Below, piece after piece: positions 25,257-38,069 of a stretch of DNA of 64,000 nucleotides. This stretch comes from Camelus dromedarius. Taxonomy: Eukaryota. The stretch covers positions 80,912,001 to 80,976,000 of the forward strand of contig NC_087437.1 of the NCBI RefSeq assembly GCF_036321535.1. The letters are read 5' to 3'. Under the pieces are notes generated by a model. The model ran no database searches. It was not told the DNA's origin and was given only the letters and a program-made list of their open reading frames with translations. Numbering within the stretch: the stretch's first letter is position 1; the number at the start of each line of letters is the position of its first letter. A program made the position numbers and the translations under genes.

Positions 25257-25519
25257 CTGTTGGCTCGTGAAAAACCCGGGGTTGGGGGGAAGGTTAGAGG
25301 CACTGACCCTCGGGCAGTTGAAAATCCATGAATAAGGTGTAGCCAGCAGCCCCCGCCCTCCACCAGTAGGCGTGGTCCCACATATCTGTGGTTCTGCATT
25401 TGGTGTTCAACCACCAGCAGATTGTGTAATACTGCAGCCTTTCTACTGAAAAAAAAAAAAAATCCAAGTATTAAGTGGATCTGCTCAGTTCAAACTCTTG
25501 TTCACGGGTCAAGAAACCG
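25257..25519 (-). mobile_element. Tigger2-family MITE (second copy)
   Basis: Homologous to 20611-20857 (catatctgtggtt..., gattgtgtaatactg, cagttcaaac...ttgttcacgggtcaa); TA at 25255 and 25520. Confidence 0.8.
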
Positions 25520-25521
25520 TA

Positions 25522-27615
25522 TTTCTGTGTTTCCATACAAATTTGAACTTTTTTTTTTCCAGTTCTGTGAAAAACGTCATTGGCAATTTGATAGCGATTG
25601 CATTGAATCTGTATGTTGCCTTGGGTAGTATGGCCATTTTAACAATACTGAGTCTTCCGATCCAAGAACACGGTGTATCTTTCCATCTGTTTGTGTCATC
25701 TTCAATTTCTTTCATCAGTGTCTTAAAGTTTTCGAAGTACAGGTCCTTTGCCTCCTTTGGTTGGTTTATTCCTAGGTATTTTATTCTTTTTGATGCAATG
25801 GCAAATGGCATTATTTCCTGAATTTCTTTTTCTGCTATTTTATTGTTAGTGTATAGAAATGCAATTGATTTCTGTATATTAATCTTGTATCCTGCAACTT
25901 TACCAAATTCACTGATGAGCTCTCGTAGTTTTCTAGTAGCGTCTTTAGGATTTTCTACGTTGGTATGTTATCTGCAAACAGTGACAGTTTTACTTCTTTG
26001 TTTCCAATTTGGATTCCTTTTATTTCCTTTTCTTCTCTGATTGCTGTGGCTAGGACTTCCAAAGCCATGTTGAATAAAAGTGGTGAGAGTGGACAACCTT
26101 GTCTTCTTGCTGATCTCAGAGGAAAAGCTTTCAGCTTTTCACCATTCAGAATAATGTTAGCTGTGGTTTTGTCACATATGGCCTTTATTATAGTGAGGTA
26201 TGTTCCCTCTATGCCCACTTTCTGAAGAGCTTTTGTCACAAATGGATGTTGAATTTTATCAAAAGATTTTTCTGCATCTATTGAGATAATCATATGGGGT
26301 TTTTATTCTTCAATTTGTTAATGTGGCGTATCACATTGATTGATTTGTGGATATTGTAAAATCCTTGCATCCCTGGGATAAATCCCATTTGATCCTGGTG
26401 TATGATCTTTTTAATGTATTGGTGGACTTGATTTGCTAGTATTTTGTTGAGGATTTTTGTATCTATATTCATAAGTGATACTCTCCCATAATTTTCTTTT
26501 CTTGTGATATCTTTGTCAGGTTTTGGTATCAGGTTGATGGTGGCCTCATAGAATGAGTTCAGAAGTGTTCCTTCCTCTGCAGTTTTTTGGAATAATTTCA
26601 GAAGGATAGGCATTAACTTTTCTCTAGATGTTTGGTAGAATTCACCTGTGAAGCCATCTGGTCCTGGACTTTTGTTTGTTGGGAGTTTTTAAATGACTGA
26701 TTCAATTTCAGGGCTGGTAATTGGTCTGTTCATATTGTCCATTTCTTCCTAATTTAGACTTGGGAGATGGTATCTTTCTAAGAAGTTGTCCATTTCTTCT
26801 AGGTTGTCCATTTTGTTAGCATATAGTTGTTCACAGAAGCTTCTTATGGTCCTTTGTATTTCTGTGGTATCAACTGTAACTTCTTTTTCATTTCTGATTG
26901 TATTAATTTGGGCCCTCTCCCTTGTTTTCTGGCTAAAGGTTTATCAGTTTTATCTTTTCAAAGAACCAGCTTTTAGTCTCATTGATCCTTTCTTGTTGTT
27001 TTAGTCTCTATTTCATTTATTTCTGCTCTAATCTTTATGATTTCTTTCCTTCTACTAAATTTGGATTTTGTTTGTTCTTCCTTCTCTAGTTGCTTTAGGT
27101 GTAAAGTTAAGTTGTTTATTTGAGATTTTTCTTTCTTCCTGAAGTAGGCTTGTATCACTATAAGCTTCCCTCTGCGAACTGCTTTTGCCATGTCCCAGAG
27201 GTTTCGGATTATGGTGTTTTCATTTTCATTTGTCTCTAAGGGTTTTTTGATTTCCTCTTTGATTTCTTCGGTGATCCATTGGTTGTTTAGTAGCGTATTG
27301 TTTAGCCTCTACATGTTTGTGGTTTTGCAGTTTGTTTCTTATAGTTGGTTTGTAATCTCATAGCCTTGAGGTCAGAAAAGATGCTTGATATGATTTAAAT
27401 TTTCTTAAATTTACTGAGGCTTGCTTTGTGGGCCAACATGTTCTCTATCCTGGAGAATATTCCATGTGCACTTGAGAAGAATGTGCATTTTGCTGCTTTC
27501 AGATGGAGTGCTTTGTAAATATCAATAAAGTCCATCTTGTCTAATGTGTCATTTACAGCCTGTATTTCCTTATTGATTTCCTATCTGGATGATTTGTCCA
27601 TTGATGTGAGGGGGG
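25522..27615 (-). mobile_element. 2.1-kb internal L1 ORF2 fragment (end of endonuclease through RT), frameshifted
   Basis: Consecutive minus ORFs give ...[75 protein letters not shown]. Confidence 0.97.
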
Positions 27616-30600
27616 TCTCTTTAAATTTAAAGGGAGATTTCCTTTGATTCAAGTTACAAACTGTTTAAAATGCACGAGATGCTCCTTCTCCTCTTAACAT
27701 GTAATTAAGTAAAAGAATACCCTAAGATGAACTATTAAATACTGTGTCTTCATTAAGTGGCTACTAATTAAGTTTTGGCAGTATATTAATCGAAATACTG
27801 TTTCCAAGGCCTTCTAAATTTCTCTACAATTTGCCCTATATCAGTTGTAACCTTAAAGTGAGTTTTCAGGGATATGATCCATTTTATGTAGGTTGGAGTG
27901 GATTATAAATTGGTATACCTTTCTGGATTATAGCCTAATTTCAGCTCCTCCATAGCCACTGGAGAGAGTCTGAGGAAGGTTATGAGATACATTAATAGGT
28001 TATTGTAACATCTTCTTAACTAGTTTAATAAACTTAAAGATTTAATTATTTTATTTTAGGTTTTATTTTTAGATTTTATTTATTCATTCATTTATTTACA
28101 AAATATTTATTAAGAATTGGAAAATTTTTTTTCTGAAAGATTTTTTCCCCTATTCTTGAAGTGTTTTAGAATTCAATACAAATACAATTTGCATGAAGTA
28201 AAAACTTAGCAAATTAATTGAGGATGGAAAAAATACATTTTATTTCTTGTCTATTACTATTCAATATTGTGTTTTCTATTGAATTTCTATATGAAACAAT
28301 CATACATTAAAACATACATGTCAAACAAGGTAGTTTTTAATATACCTCTTTTAAAATTGGGGCGATAATTTACATTTCACAATATTTAGAATTTTCACCA
28401 CTAGGTGCATGTATGTGACTTATTGCCTATAATATTAAACATGTTTCATTTTCATTCCATGGCTTCAATAAATAGCTCTGACATTGGAACAAAGGTTTAA
28501 GTCCATGTGTAAAGTCTAGCAATACTGGGGTCTTGACTTTTCTAACTAATTTTTGACTAGAAGTGTCCAAGGATGCGGATATACTGAAATATCTTTGCAG
28601 CTTCAACTTGGTCAGTATTTCAAAGTATGCTTTACAGAGCAATTCCAGTATCTTAGGAGGAGTGTATTAGCTCATGAAGGAATGTAAAGTTCCAGTATGT
28701 ACAGAATTGCTTTACTGTTTAACTAGAAGACCAAAGATAAAATTGAACACCATGTTCTCTTCCTCATCTTTTTTTGGTAATGATCATCACATTTTAGCAA
28801 AATTAAGAAATCTCAGATTGTTTCATGTGCTGATAGTACTGTATCATGGCCCTGAACAGGTACACACACATGTGTCCTGCTCTTAGAAATAGAGAAAAGG
28901 ATACAAGGTCATTTGTGATGAACATTCTAGTCCCAGATTATTCTAAAGTGTTTGCTGACAAAATTCATGCTAGAAAAATCATTTGGCCACCATGACAGTT
29001 GTGTGTGAGCTGCTTGTTTTTAAGAAAATATTCACAGACATTAAGTTGATATTAATTTCAAGATATTTTCATTGTTTTGTGCAATGTACAAGTAGAGACT
29101 GATGTGACTAGAATTTTTGTGTTTATAGAAGGGATAGAAGAAGAGAGAGTTCATAAACATTCCCAAGTAGTGTTTGCGATTTTATTAACTCTCACAACCT
29201 TTCCTAATGTCTCTTTCCTGGAAAAAATAAAGCATCCCAACAAGCAAAAGTTAATTGCTCAGGTTCATATTGCTAGACAACACAAGTTAGAAAACAAAGA
29301 ACTTTCAGTTCTGACTCTTTGTAAACTGCTGAATGTTTACCATGTTCAAAGACTCTGGAATCTAGCTTCTTCTAACACAGTGGGCTCAGTGTAGAGTCTG
29401 AGGAAGTCCTAAATATTAGGAGGATGGAGAAACTCTGTGTCCTAGCACGCACCTCAATACTTCTTGTATGTCATCTTATATTTGTGAGGATGAAATATAA
29501 TGAGCACCCTCTTGGGAAATAATGAGCTTACTAAGCACAAATTTCCTGACTCTTCATATTTCTGTGACTTGCTGGGCTGGAGGTTACAAAGGTCTGACAG
29601 TGTATCAAACATGGGCCATCAGCTTTCAAGGGTTGTTCATCTCTAACTCAAGGTGGTTCAGCTCTGACCCTCAGCCCATAAATATTACCACCATGTCAAA
29701 TTTTTGTATAAATCCCAAACAAGTTGACTTTACTGTTTAATTCTCTGCAGAGGCACAACATCAGTATGAGACACCTAGAAAATCAACAGGCATTTTCTTG
29801 GTTGCACTTAAAAAATGGTTTTCTTAAGAAGATACACACATTTCTGATATGAATTCCAGAAGTGGAAAAACAATTGTTCTGGAAGTCAAATATGTAAAGA
29901 CAGTCAATAAGATATATTAGTATATCTTGTCCCTTTAGGAACACTGCCACTTTCCCCTCAAGTCCAATTCTTTTAAGTTAATATAGTTTAAAAATTGAAT
30001 TTTGGAAAGGAGTAGTTGACATTTGATAATTAAATATGTATATGATGGAAGCATGAAAAAAAAAAACCCAAGAAAGACAATGGCATTGCTTTATTTCATG
30101 GAATAACAGCTGGGATGCTCATTTACTGTCTTTTTTAGGCTAATAAAATTTATTCTAAAACAGCCTTCCAATACCGCTATGAAAGCCAAAAGTATACTGG
30201 TTTTTTTTGCTAGAAATCAAGTGACTTCTTGTAATGCTATTTTATGGAATCGGCTGATTATTTTACCATTTGGGCATAGAGATACAGTCTCAAGAGCTGT
30301 AGAAATTCAGCTACACCAAATTCAAATCACTCATGCTGTGCTGTTGAAAACATGTAACTCTAAATACGTCTTCCTTTTGTTGTTTACTAAAATCAACACA
30401 CAAGTCTGCTGACAAGTGGCAGAGCATTTGACTGCAGAAAGTCAGCTGACAATTACCTGGTGCTTTGCCTGGTTTGGGGTGCTCATCTTTTGCCCATACT
30501 TACCACTGATGGTTTTTGAGCCCCAATAGTCCCCTCTCACCTCGTCATTTTTTCCCTAAAGGACTGTTGGTGGAATGAGGAGAATATAACAGGCCAGCCA

Positions 30601-30934
30601 TTGATAATACATGAATTAGCTTGTCCATGGTTTGATGGAGAATAGGATAAAAATACTAGATACCTTAAATGTTAAAGAGCTCTCCTTGGGGGTGATTACA
30701 CATTAACTTTATCACACATTAACTTTTGTGAATAAAGATATAAAGATATTTGGAACTTTTGCCACATGAAGCTGATGAGTACAGATCTGGATTTTATTAC
30801 TTTTGTTTGAGTCTTCATGATTATGTATGCAGATAGTCCCAATAAGAGTATGAATTATAATGCCTGTCTTCTTGCTATTGTTGACTTCAGCATATGTCTT
30901 TTCATTAATTAGAATAATTATAATGATAATAGTG

Positions 30935-31190
30935 GAAACTAGTATTTATTTAGTGTGCTTACTATCATGGTGGCCAGTAACTATCATATTTTACATATAT
31001 AAATTGAGTAATATCCTTAAAGTATTTATAACAGTGGGGAAGATGAAGGTGAGTACTGTTACTGTCCTCTTAGAAGAGATGAGGAAACTGAGGCACAGAT
31101 AGGTTTAGTAACTTTCCCAAGGTTATACAGCTAGAAAGAGGTATAGTCAGGATTTAAATCCAGAATCTATTCTTTTCACCATTATGTTAT
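30935..31190 (-). mobile_element. MIR SINE
   Basis: agatgaggaaactgaggcacagataggtttagtaactttcccaagg...caggatttaaatccag. Confidence 0.88.
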
Positions 31191-31828
31191 ATCGCTGTTC
31201 GCTCATGGACAGACCATGAGTGAATGCTACCCCTGGCTGGTGTGGATATTGTCTGCTGGCATACTGTGAAGATTCACACTGGGCACTGGCATGGGGATGC
31301 TAGTAAGTAGAATACATTTCCTGCATGATATTCTTGGAATGGAGGTGGTAAGGAATCATCAACATGGTCACGTGGTGACCTCAGCTCCTTCTATCCCTCA
31401 CTCAGACTACCAGCTCGTGGCAGGAGAGTCACAGGTCGGCAATCTTGGGCTAATGGCATGTGCATGGATAACTCTTGTTCACACTTCCCTAGACAGTGTG
31501 CTGAAGACAAAGCACGTGGACACCATGACAGCTCCAGCATTACTTGGCAAAATCTCAGGAGGATAGAACAAAGATTTGAAATGAAAATTGTGCAAAGAAT
31601 AGAATTGGTTAACTGTTTGGGCTTAGAGATTAACATTTCTTTTATCCCCCTTAGTAGCTGCTGGGTAGACTCTGTGGTATAAATGAATTTAGAATTTGTC
31701 AAATTAAAAATTATAACCTTTCACTTTAATACAATATCACTTCCCCTACCCTAACCCTTTTTCATCTGGCTTGGCCCTTTTGAATTCAATTCAGTTAAAG
31801 TTTATTGACCAAGTTTCAGTATAAGCAA

Positions 31829-33747
31829 AGCTCTGTGAAAAATGTCATGGGTATTTTGAAAGGGATTGCATTAAATCTTTATATTGCTTTGGGTAGTATG
31901 GACATTTTAACAATATTAATTCTTCCAATCAGTGTACATGGGCTATCATTCTATTTCTTTGTGTCATCTTCAGGTTTCTTCATCACTGTTTTCAGAGGTC
32001 TTTCACCACCTTGGTTCAGTTTATTTCTAGGTATTTTATTCTTTTGATGCAATTTTGAATGGTATTTTTTTTTTAACTTCCTCTTGTGATGATTCACTGT
32101 TAGTGTACAGGAAAACAATAGATTTCTACAAATTAATCTTATATCTTGAAACTTTGCTGAATTCATTTATTAGTTCTAATAGTTTCCAAGAGTTTTTTTT
32201 TTATAGAACTAAAACAAATAATCTTGAAATTCAAATGGTACTACAAAAGACTCCAAATATTGCCAAAGCAATCTTGAGAAAAAAATTAAAGCTGGAGGTA
32301 TCACCTTTCCAGGCTTCAGATTATACTACAAAGCTACAGTAATCAAAACAGCATGGTACTGGAACAAAATACACACATAGATCAACGGACTAGACTAGAG
32401 CGCACAGAAATAAACCATGTACCCACAGTCAATTAATCTGCAACTACAGAGGCAAGAAGATACAATGGAGAAAAGACAGTTTCTTCAACAAGTGGTGCTG
32501 GGAAAACTGGACAACGACATGTAAAACAATGAGATTAGAATATTTCCTTACACCATATACAAAAATTAACTCAAATGGGTTAAAGACCTAAATGTAAGAC
32601 CTGAGACCATAAAAATCCTAGAAGAAAGCATAGGCAGAAAACTCTTTGAAGTAAATTGTAGCACTGTTTCTTTGGATATGTCTCCTAAGGCAAAAGAAAT
32701 AAAAACAAAAATAAACAAATGGGACCTGATTATACTTAAAAGCTTTTGTACAGCAGGAGAAATCATTCACAAAATGTAAAGGCAAACTATGCAGTGGGAG
32801 AAATATTTGCAAATGAAATGACTGACAAGTGGTTAATACACAAAGTGTGTAAAGAGCTCATACAACTCAATATAAAAAAATAATCAATGAAAATGGGCAG
32901 AAGATCTGAATAGACATTTTTCCAAAGAAGGCATACAGATAGCTAATGAGCACATGAAAAGATGCTCAACATCTCTAATTATTAGAGAAATGCAAATCAA
33001 AACCTTGATGAGATATCACCTCGTACCTGTCAGATATCACCTCACACCTGTCAGAATGGCTATCATCAAAAAGTCTACAAATAACAAATATTAGTAAGGA
33101 TGTGGAGAAAAGGGAACCCTAATATGCTTTGATGGGATTATAAATTGGTGCAGCCATTATGGAAAACAGTATGGAGGTCCCTTAAAGAACTGAAAATAGA
33201 ACTACCACATGATCCAGCAATTGCACTCCTGGATATATAACCAGGAAAAACAAAAACACTAATTCAAAAAGATACTTGCACTCCAATGTTCATAGCAGCA
33301 CCCTTTTTCAATGCCCAAGATATGGAAGCAACCCAAGTGCCCAAAAAGAGAAGAATGGTTAAAGAAGACTGAGATATCTATATATCTATATCTATATCTA
33401 TCACATGATAGAATATAACTCAGCTATAAAAATAATGAATTTCTGCCACTTGCAGCAACATAGATGGACCTAGAGAATATTATGCTTAATGAAATAGAAA
33501 GAGAAAGACAGATATTTTGTGATATCACTTATTTGTGGATTCTAAAAAAAAATACAAATGAATGTCTATGCAGAAGAGAAGTAGACTCATGGTTATAGAA
33601 AACAAACAAGTGGTTACCAAAGTAGAGAGGGAAGGGAGGAGTGGCAAATTAGGGCTATGGGATTAAGAGATACCAACTACTATGTATAAAAATAGATAAG
33701 CAACAAGGAGATATTGTATAGCACAGAGAATTATAGCCATTATTTTT
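31829..33747 (+). mobile_element. LINE-1 with 5' inversion; 3' tip missing
   Basis: 31829-32185 is antisense ORF2, 32186-33747 is sense ORF2 end plus 3'UTR; no poly(A). Confidence 0.93.
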
Positions 33748-33766
33748 TTCTTTTCCATTGTGGGAT

Positions 33767-34405
33767 TTATTACAGGATAATGAATATACTTCCTTGTGCT
33801 ATACAGTAGGGCCTTGTTGTTTATTTGTTTTATATATAGTAGTTTGTATCTGCTAATCCCAAACTCCTAATTTTATCCCTCCCCCACCTCTTTTCCCCTT
33901 TGGTAACCATAAATTTGTTTTCCATGTCTGTAAGTCTGTTTCTGTTTTGTAAATAAGTTCATTTGTATCATATCTTAGATTCCACATATAAGTGATATCT
34001 TATGGTATTTTTCTTTCTCTTTCTGACTTACTTCACTTAATATGATAATCTCTAGATCCATCCATGTTGCTACAAATTGCATTATTTTATTATTTTTTAA
34101 TGGCTTAATGGTATTCCATTATTTAGATATACCACAGCTTCTTTATCCAGTCGTCTGTCGATGGATATTTACGTTACTTCCATGTCTTGGCTATTGTATA
34201 TAGTGCTGTTATGAACATTGGGGTGCATGTATCTTTTTGAATTAGATTTCCTTCCAAATACATGCCCAGGGGTGGGATTGCTGAATCATACGGTAACTCT
34301 ATTTTTAGTTTTTTGAGGAACCTCCATACCATTTTCCATAGTGGCTGCACCAAATTCCATTCCCACCAACAAGGTAGGAGGGTTCCCTTTTTCCACACCC
34401 TCTTC
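33767..34405 (-). mobile_element. Young LINE-1 3' fragment; 3' tip missing
   Basis: ORF 34174-34398 (CWWEW.LVQPLWK...DTCTPMF); 3'UTR stops before the terminal ~130 nt. Confidence 0.93.
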
Positions 34406-37400
34406 CTTTGGAACTCTTGACAGTAACAATTAAAAATAATATCATTTGGTGTGGGTGGAGCAAAATAAATGTTGTTTGAGTACTTACCACCTCCTTATGA
34501 GAGACTTAAGTCTCTGAAGACAAAGACTCCCAAGAGAGAATAAATTGGTCACGAACAGGCCAGATTGCCTTAATTCACCTGCCAACTGCAAGGCAATTTT
34601 CACGCAACAAGAGGCACCTGGTCATGGATCAGATCAACAGGGCAAAGGTCATCTGCCTGGAGGTAAAAAATAAAGGAATCTCATGAAAGGCACACTCTAA
34701 AACAAAATACAACTCTCAGCACTGAAAGCACACCCATCAGGCTATTTAGGATTTTTTCTTTTGCTCTTAAGAAAACCTATGATGAATGGGATCCCAGTCA
34801 TCTAAATGCTCTAAGGGTGATCCTCCTTCAGGACCTCAGCCAGTTCTGTGTTAAAAATTTATGATTCCTCCTCACAAGCATTTTTGACTAAATGAGACAA
34901 CCTTACTAAAGATAATTTAGAATTTCAGTGGCCATTATGGGGAATTTTTGATCCTCCCAAACTTTTTTTTTTTTCCCGGACTAAATTAGAAGGCTTTGGC
35001 AATAGAACTAAACAAACTTAATGGGAAAGCTATTTTTATTGGTCCCTAGAGGCTTCTAAATGTATTCAGGATTCAAAAATTACCTCTTTACAAAATACAA
35101 TTTCCAAGTTAATTGAAGCAAATAAACAACTGAAAGGAGATAAAAAATTATTTGCAGCCTCTTCCTGGGTAGCACCAGCCTAAACTTCCCTTAACCCCAC
35201 TGCTCCACCTCCTCTGTATACACCTTTGCCCTCTTCTAAACCCTTCCCTTTATTTGAACTCTCCTTCTTCTCTAATGCTGAAACCTTACCAACTCTCCCT
35301 TTAAAAATTAGGTCTTCTGAGGATCCTACTAAACCATTAACTTCTTTTTCTTCTTTTTTTATTGGAGTATAGTTAGTTACAATGTGTCCATTTCTGGTGT
35401 ACAGCATGTTTGTCATACATATACATACATACATTTGTTTTCATATTCTTTTTCATTATAGGTTACTACAAGATATTGAATATAGTTCCTTGTGCTAAAC
35501 AGAAAACATTTGTTTTTTAATCTATTTTATATATAGTTGTTAGTATTTGCAAATCTTGAACTCCCAGTTATCCCTTCCCACCCCTTTCTCCCCTAGTAAC
35601 TATGTTTATTTGCTATGTCTGTGAGTCTGTTTCTGTTTTGTAGGTAAGTTCATTAGTGTTAAACCATTAATTTCTTACATCCCATGGACCAAAGCTGAAC
35701 CTAGAGCTATAACAGAAGATTTTCCTAAGGTAACTGAGGATCCTCATAGATTTGCTGAAGAATTCAAGACTGTAATTCAGACTTATCAACTTGCCTTATC
35801 CAATCTTTATCAATTCATCCACATGCTTGTTGGAGAATGTTAAGCCTGGCACTGGACGAAAACTGCTAATTAGGAAAGTACCCAATCTTTAGAATTCCCA
35901 ATAGGTCAACCACCAGCTCTTTTATATGACCAAGCTCATGACATAGCCAAAAGGTGGCACCTTGCCATCTCAAGAGCTTTCCCAAACTGGTAGACTGGAA
36001 AAAATTCCAACATGTGCTCAAAACCTTGCCAAATCTGTTTATGATTACTACAACAGACTGCAAATTGTCTTTAAAGAAAATTCTGGACTTGCTGTAGATA
36101 TTAAATCCACCAGGGTGGCCTTTAAATCAATGTTTATAAATGGTTTAAAAAGGTCTATCTCTGTTAGTCAAGAGAACTTGCACAGAATGGGAAACAGTGT
36201 CCACCTCTGATCTTGTCAATCTAGCCTGCACCCTATGAGATGATTCCAAAGAGAGGCAATGAAAATTTTAAATCTTCAACTTCAACAAATGGAATCTCCC
36301 AAGAAAACTCTCTCTACCGGACCCTGTCATTATTAAAAACAACAACAACAACAACAACAACAAAAACTGACCATTGGAAAAAGGTTTGCTACCAATCAAA
36401 AAGGTCTAGACAGTTATAGCTTTCCAAGAGCCAAGGGTCAGACTCATCCCAATGATGGGACTCCGAGGAAACACAGGGACTTTTTTTCCCCAGTGTACCA
36501 TTAAATAGGCTGTGGGAAACTACTCACTAGATTGAGGACAAATCCCTTAAAATATTAATCAACACAAAATGTTAATCAACAACTCTATCAATGCTCCAAC
36601 CCCACTAAAACTAGATAATCTCTTCCTCAGAGGAATACATTTATTAAAATAGAGTCTCAAATGAACCACATGTCCTTATGTCTAAATCCTTTTGCTTGGG
36701 GTCATTGTAAGACAAACATTCATTTCTCCTCCATGAATCATCTCCTGTCCACTTACTAAGACAAGATTTCCTAGAAAAATATTGTGATGCCATTTCTTTC
36801 TCTTGAAAGGAGAAATAACTCTTAAGTTCAAAGCCCTTGAATTTAAATCCCTTGAATCTAATGTCCAAGAAAATCCAAACCCTTTTTCTGTCATAATGTA
36901 CCTTACAAACCAGGGAAGATCAAACTTCAGATGTATCCCCATTATTAGATTTAGTGTCTGCTACTCTGTGGGCAAAATCCTCCACAGACACAGGCAGAAT
37001 TCATCTTGTCCCCTCTATTAAGATCCAAACTAATTCCTCAAAGCCTCTTCCCAGAATTGATACCCTATAAACAGAGAAGCTTTGCAAATATTAGCTAGTA
37101 TATATAAAACAGATGAACAAGCTATGATAGGTTTAAGACTTACCGTAGAAGACTAATAAAGCACAGGGTCTTACTACCCCTTGCTCCAGTCCTTTGACTG
37201 ACTTTGATAGATCACCTATTAACCCTTAGTTACAAGAAACTCCCTTTAACAAATGTTAATTCCCTATGGAATATTGATGATTCTTACTTGAAAGATGAAA
37301 ATGGTAAATATTGTTCTGGATATGCAATACCAACTCCTTTTGAGGTTATGGAGACAAAGAACCTCAGCTTTGACCACGTTAGCCCAGTGGGCCAAATTAT

Positions 37401-38069
37401 GTGCTCTTACTTGAGCATGTATTCTATTGTAAGGTAAAACTGCAAACATCTATACTAATAGTTGACGTGCATTTGGAGTAGCCCATAATTTTGTAATATT
37501 ATGGAGACAAGGTTTCCTTACTCCCAGCAGAGACAAAATCTTTCCACAGTGTGGTCCCAGGAGATGAAGACATCAAACATTGCACCATACAACCTGATAT
37601 TTCATCTATTGGAAAAGACATCTCCAAAATGACGCTATTCAATCTGACCAGAAAGACCCCTACCAGGTGTTATTAACAAAACCCTGTGCAGCCAGTCTTC
37701 AAGGAACTCATGTGACTCCTGGATTCAGGTGTCATATCTAAAGAAAGTGCCACAACCTGATTGGTCCTGTACACGAACTCGTTACCTGAAATGGAAAATT
37801 TCTAGGGACTGAAGTGGTGTCTAAAGTAGACATCTTACCCAAGATATCCAGACCAGGGCCTGTGCAAATTTCCTTATTTTTAAAATCTTTCTTCTTTTTA
37901 CTCTATGTTTAATTAAATCGTATCATTCAGGCCTTCACCTGTTCTTTCCCTAGTTTTCCTACCATCTTCTTGAGTTTTAACACATTGCAATTTCTCTGCT
38001 ATTCCCAAATAAACTCATCTTTTTGATAATTTTGAGCTTGCCTCAGTGTACCTCTTTATTTAGGTCATT
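34406..38069 (+). mobile_element. Defective class I endogenous retrovirus (MER34-like): leader, gag, pro, deleted pol, partial 3' LTR
   Basis: gag start MGSQSSK at 34786; ...NLEFQWPLWGIF; capsid PWTKAE...FPKVTEDPHRFAEEF; decayed zinc knuckle CHY...HWKKVC at ~36325-36390; gag stop TGA 36453; LWAKSSTDTGRIH; RNase H W..DDSYLKDENGKYCSGYAI and ANIYTNS..AFGVAH; integrase tail PYQVLLT.PCAA; LTR-like end attcccaaataaactcat...tttaggt. Confidence 0.88.
35347..35659 (-). mobile_element. Short young L1 3' end inserted in ERV gag
   Basis: TSD taaaccattaacttctt (35330) / taaaccattaatttctt (35660). Confidence 0.93.

Noticed and set aside
25509..27191. Active or domesticated reverse transcriptase
   Set aside because: Broken into several frames; the catalytic FADD motif reads FADN and the frame ends three codons later.
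31200..31702. Overlapping ORFs as an exon or pseudogene
   Set aside because: Translated on both strands; stops in the plausible frames and no protein family recognised. A BLASTx search would settle it.
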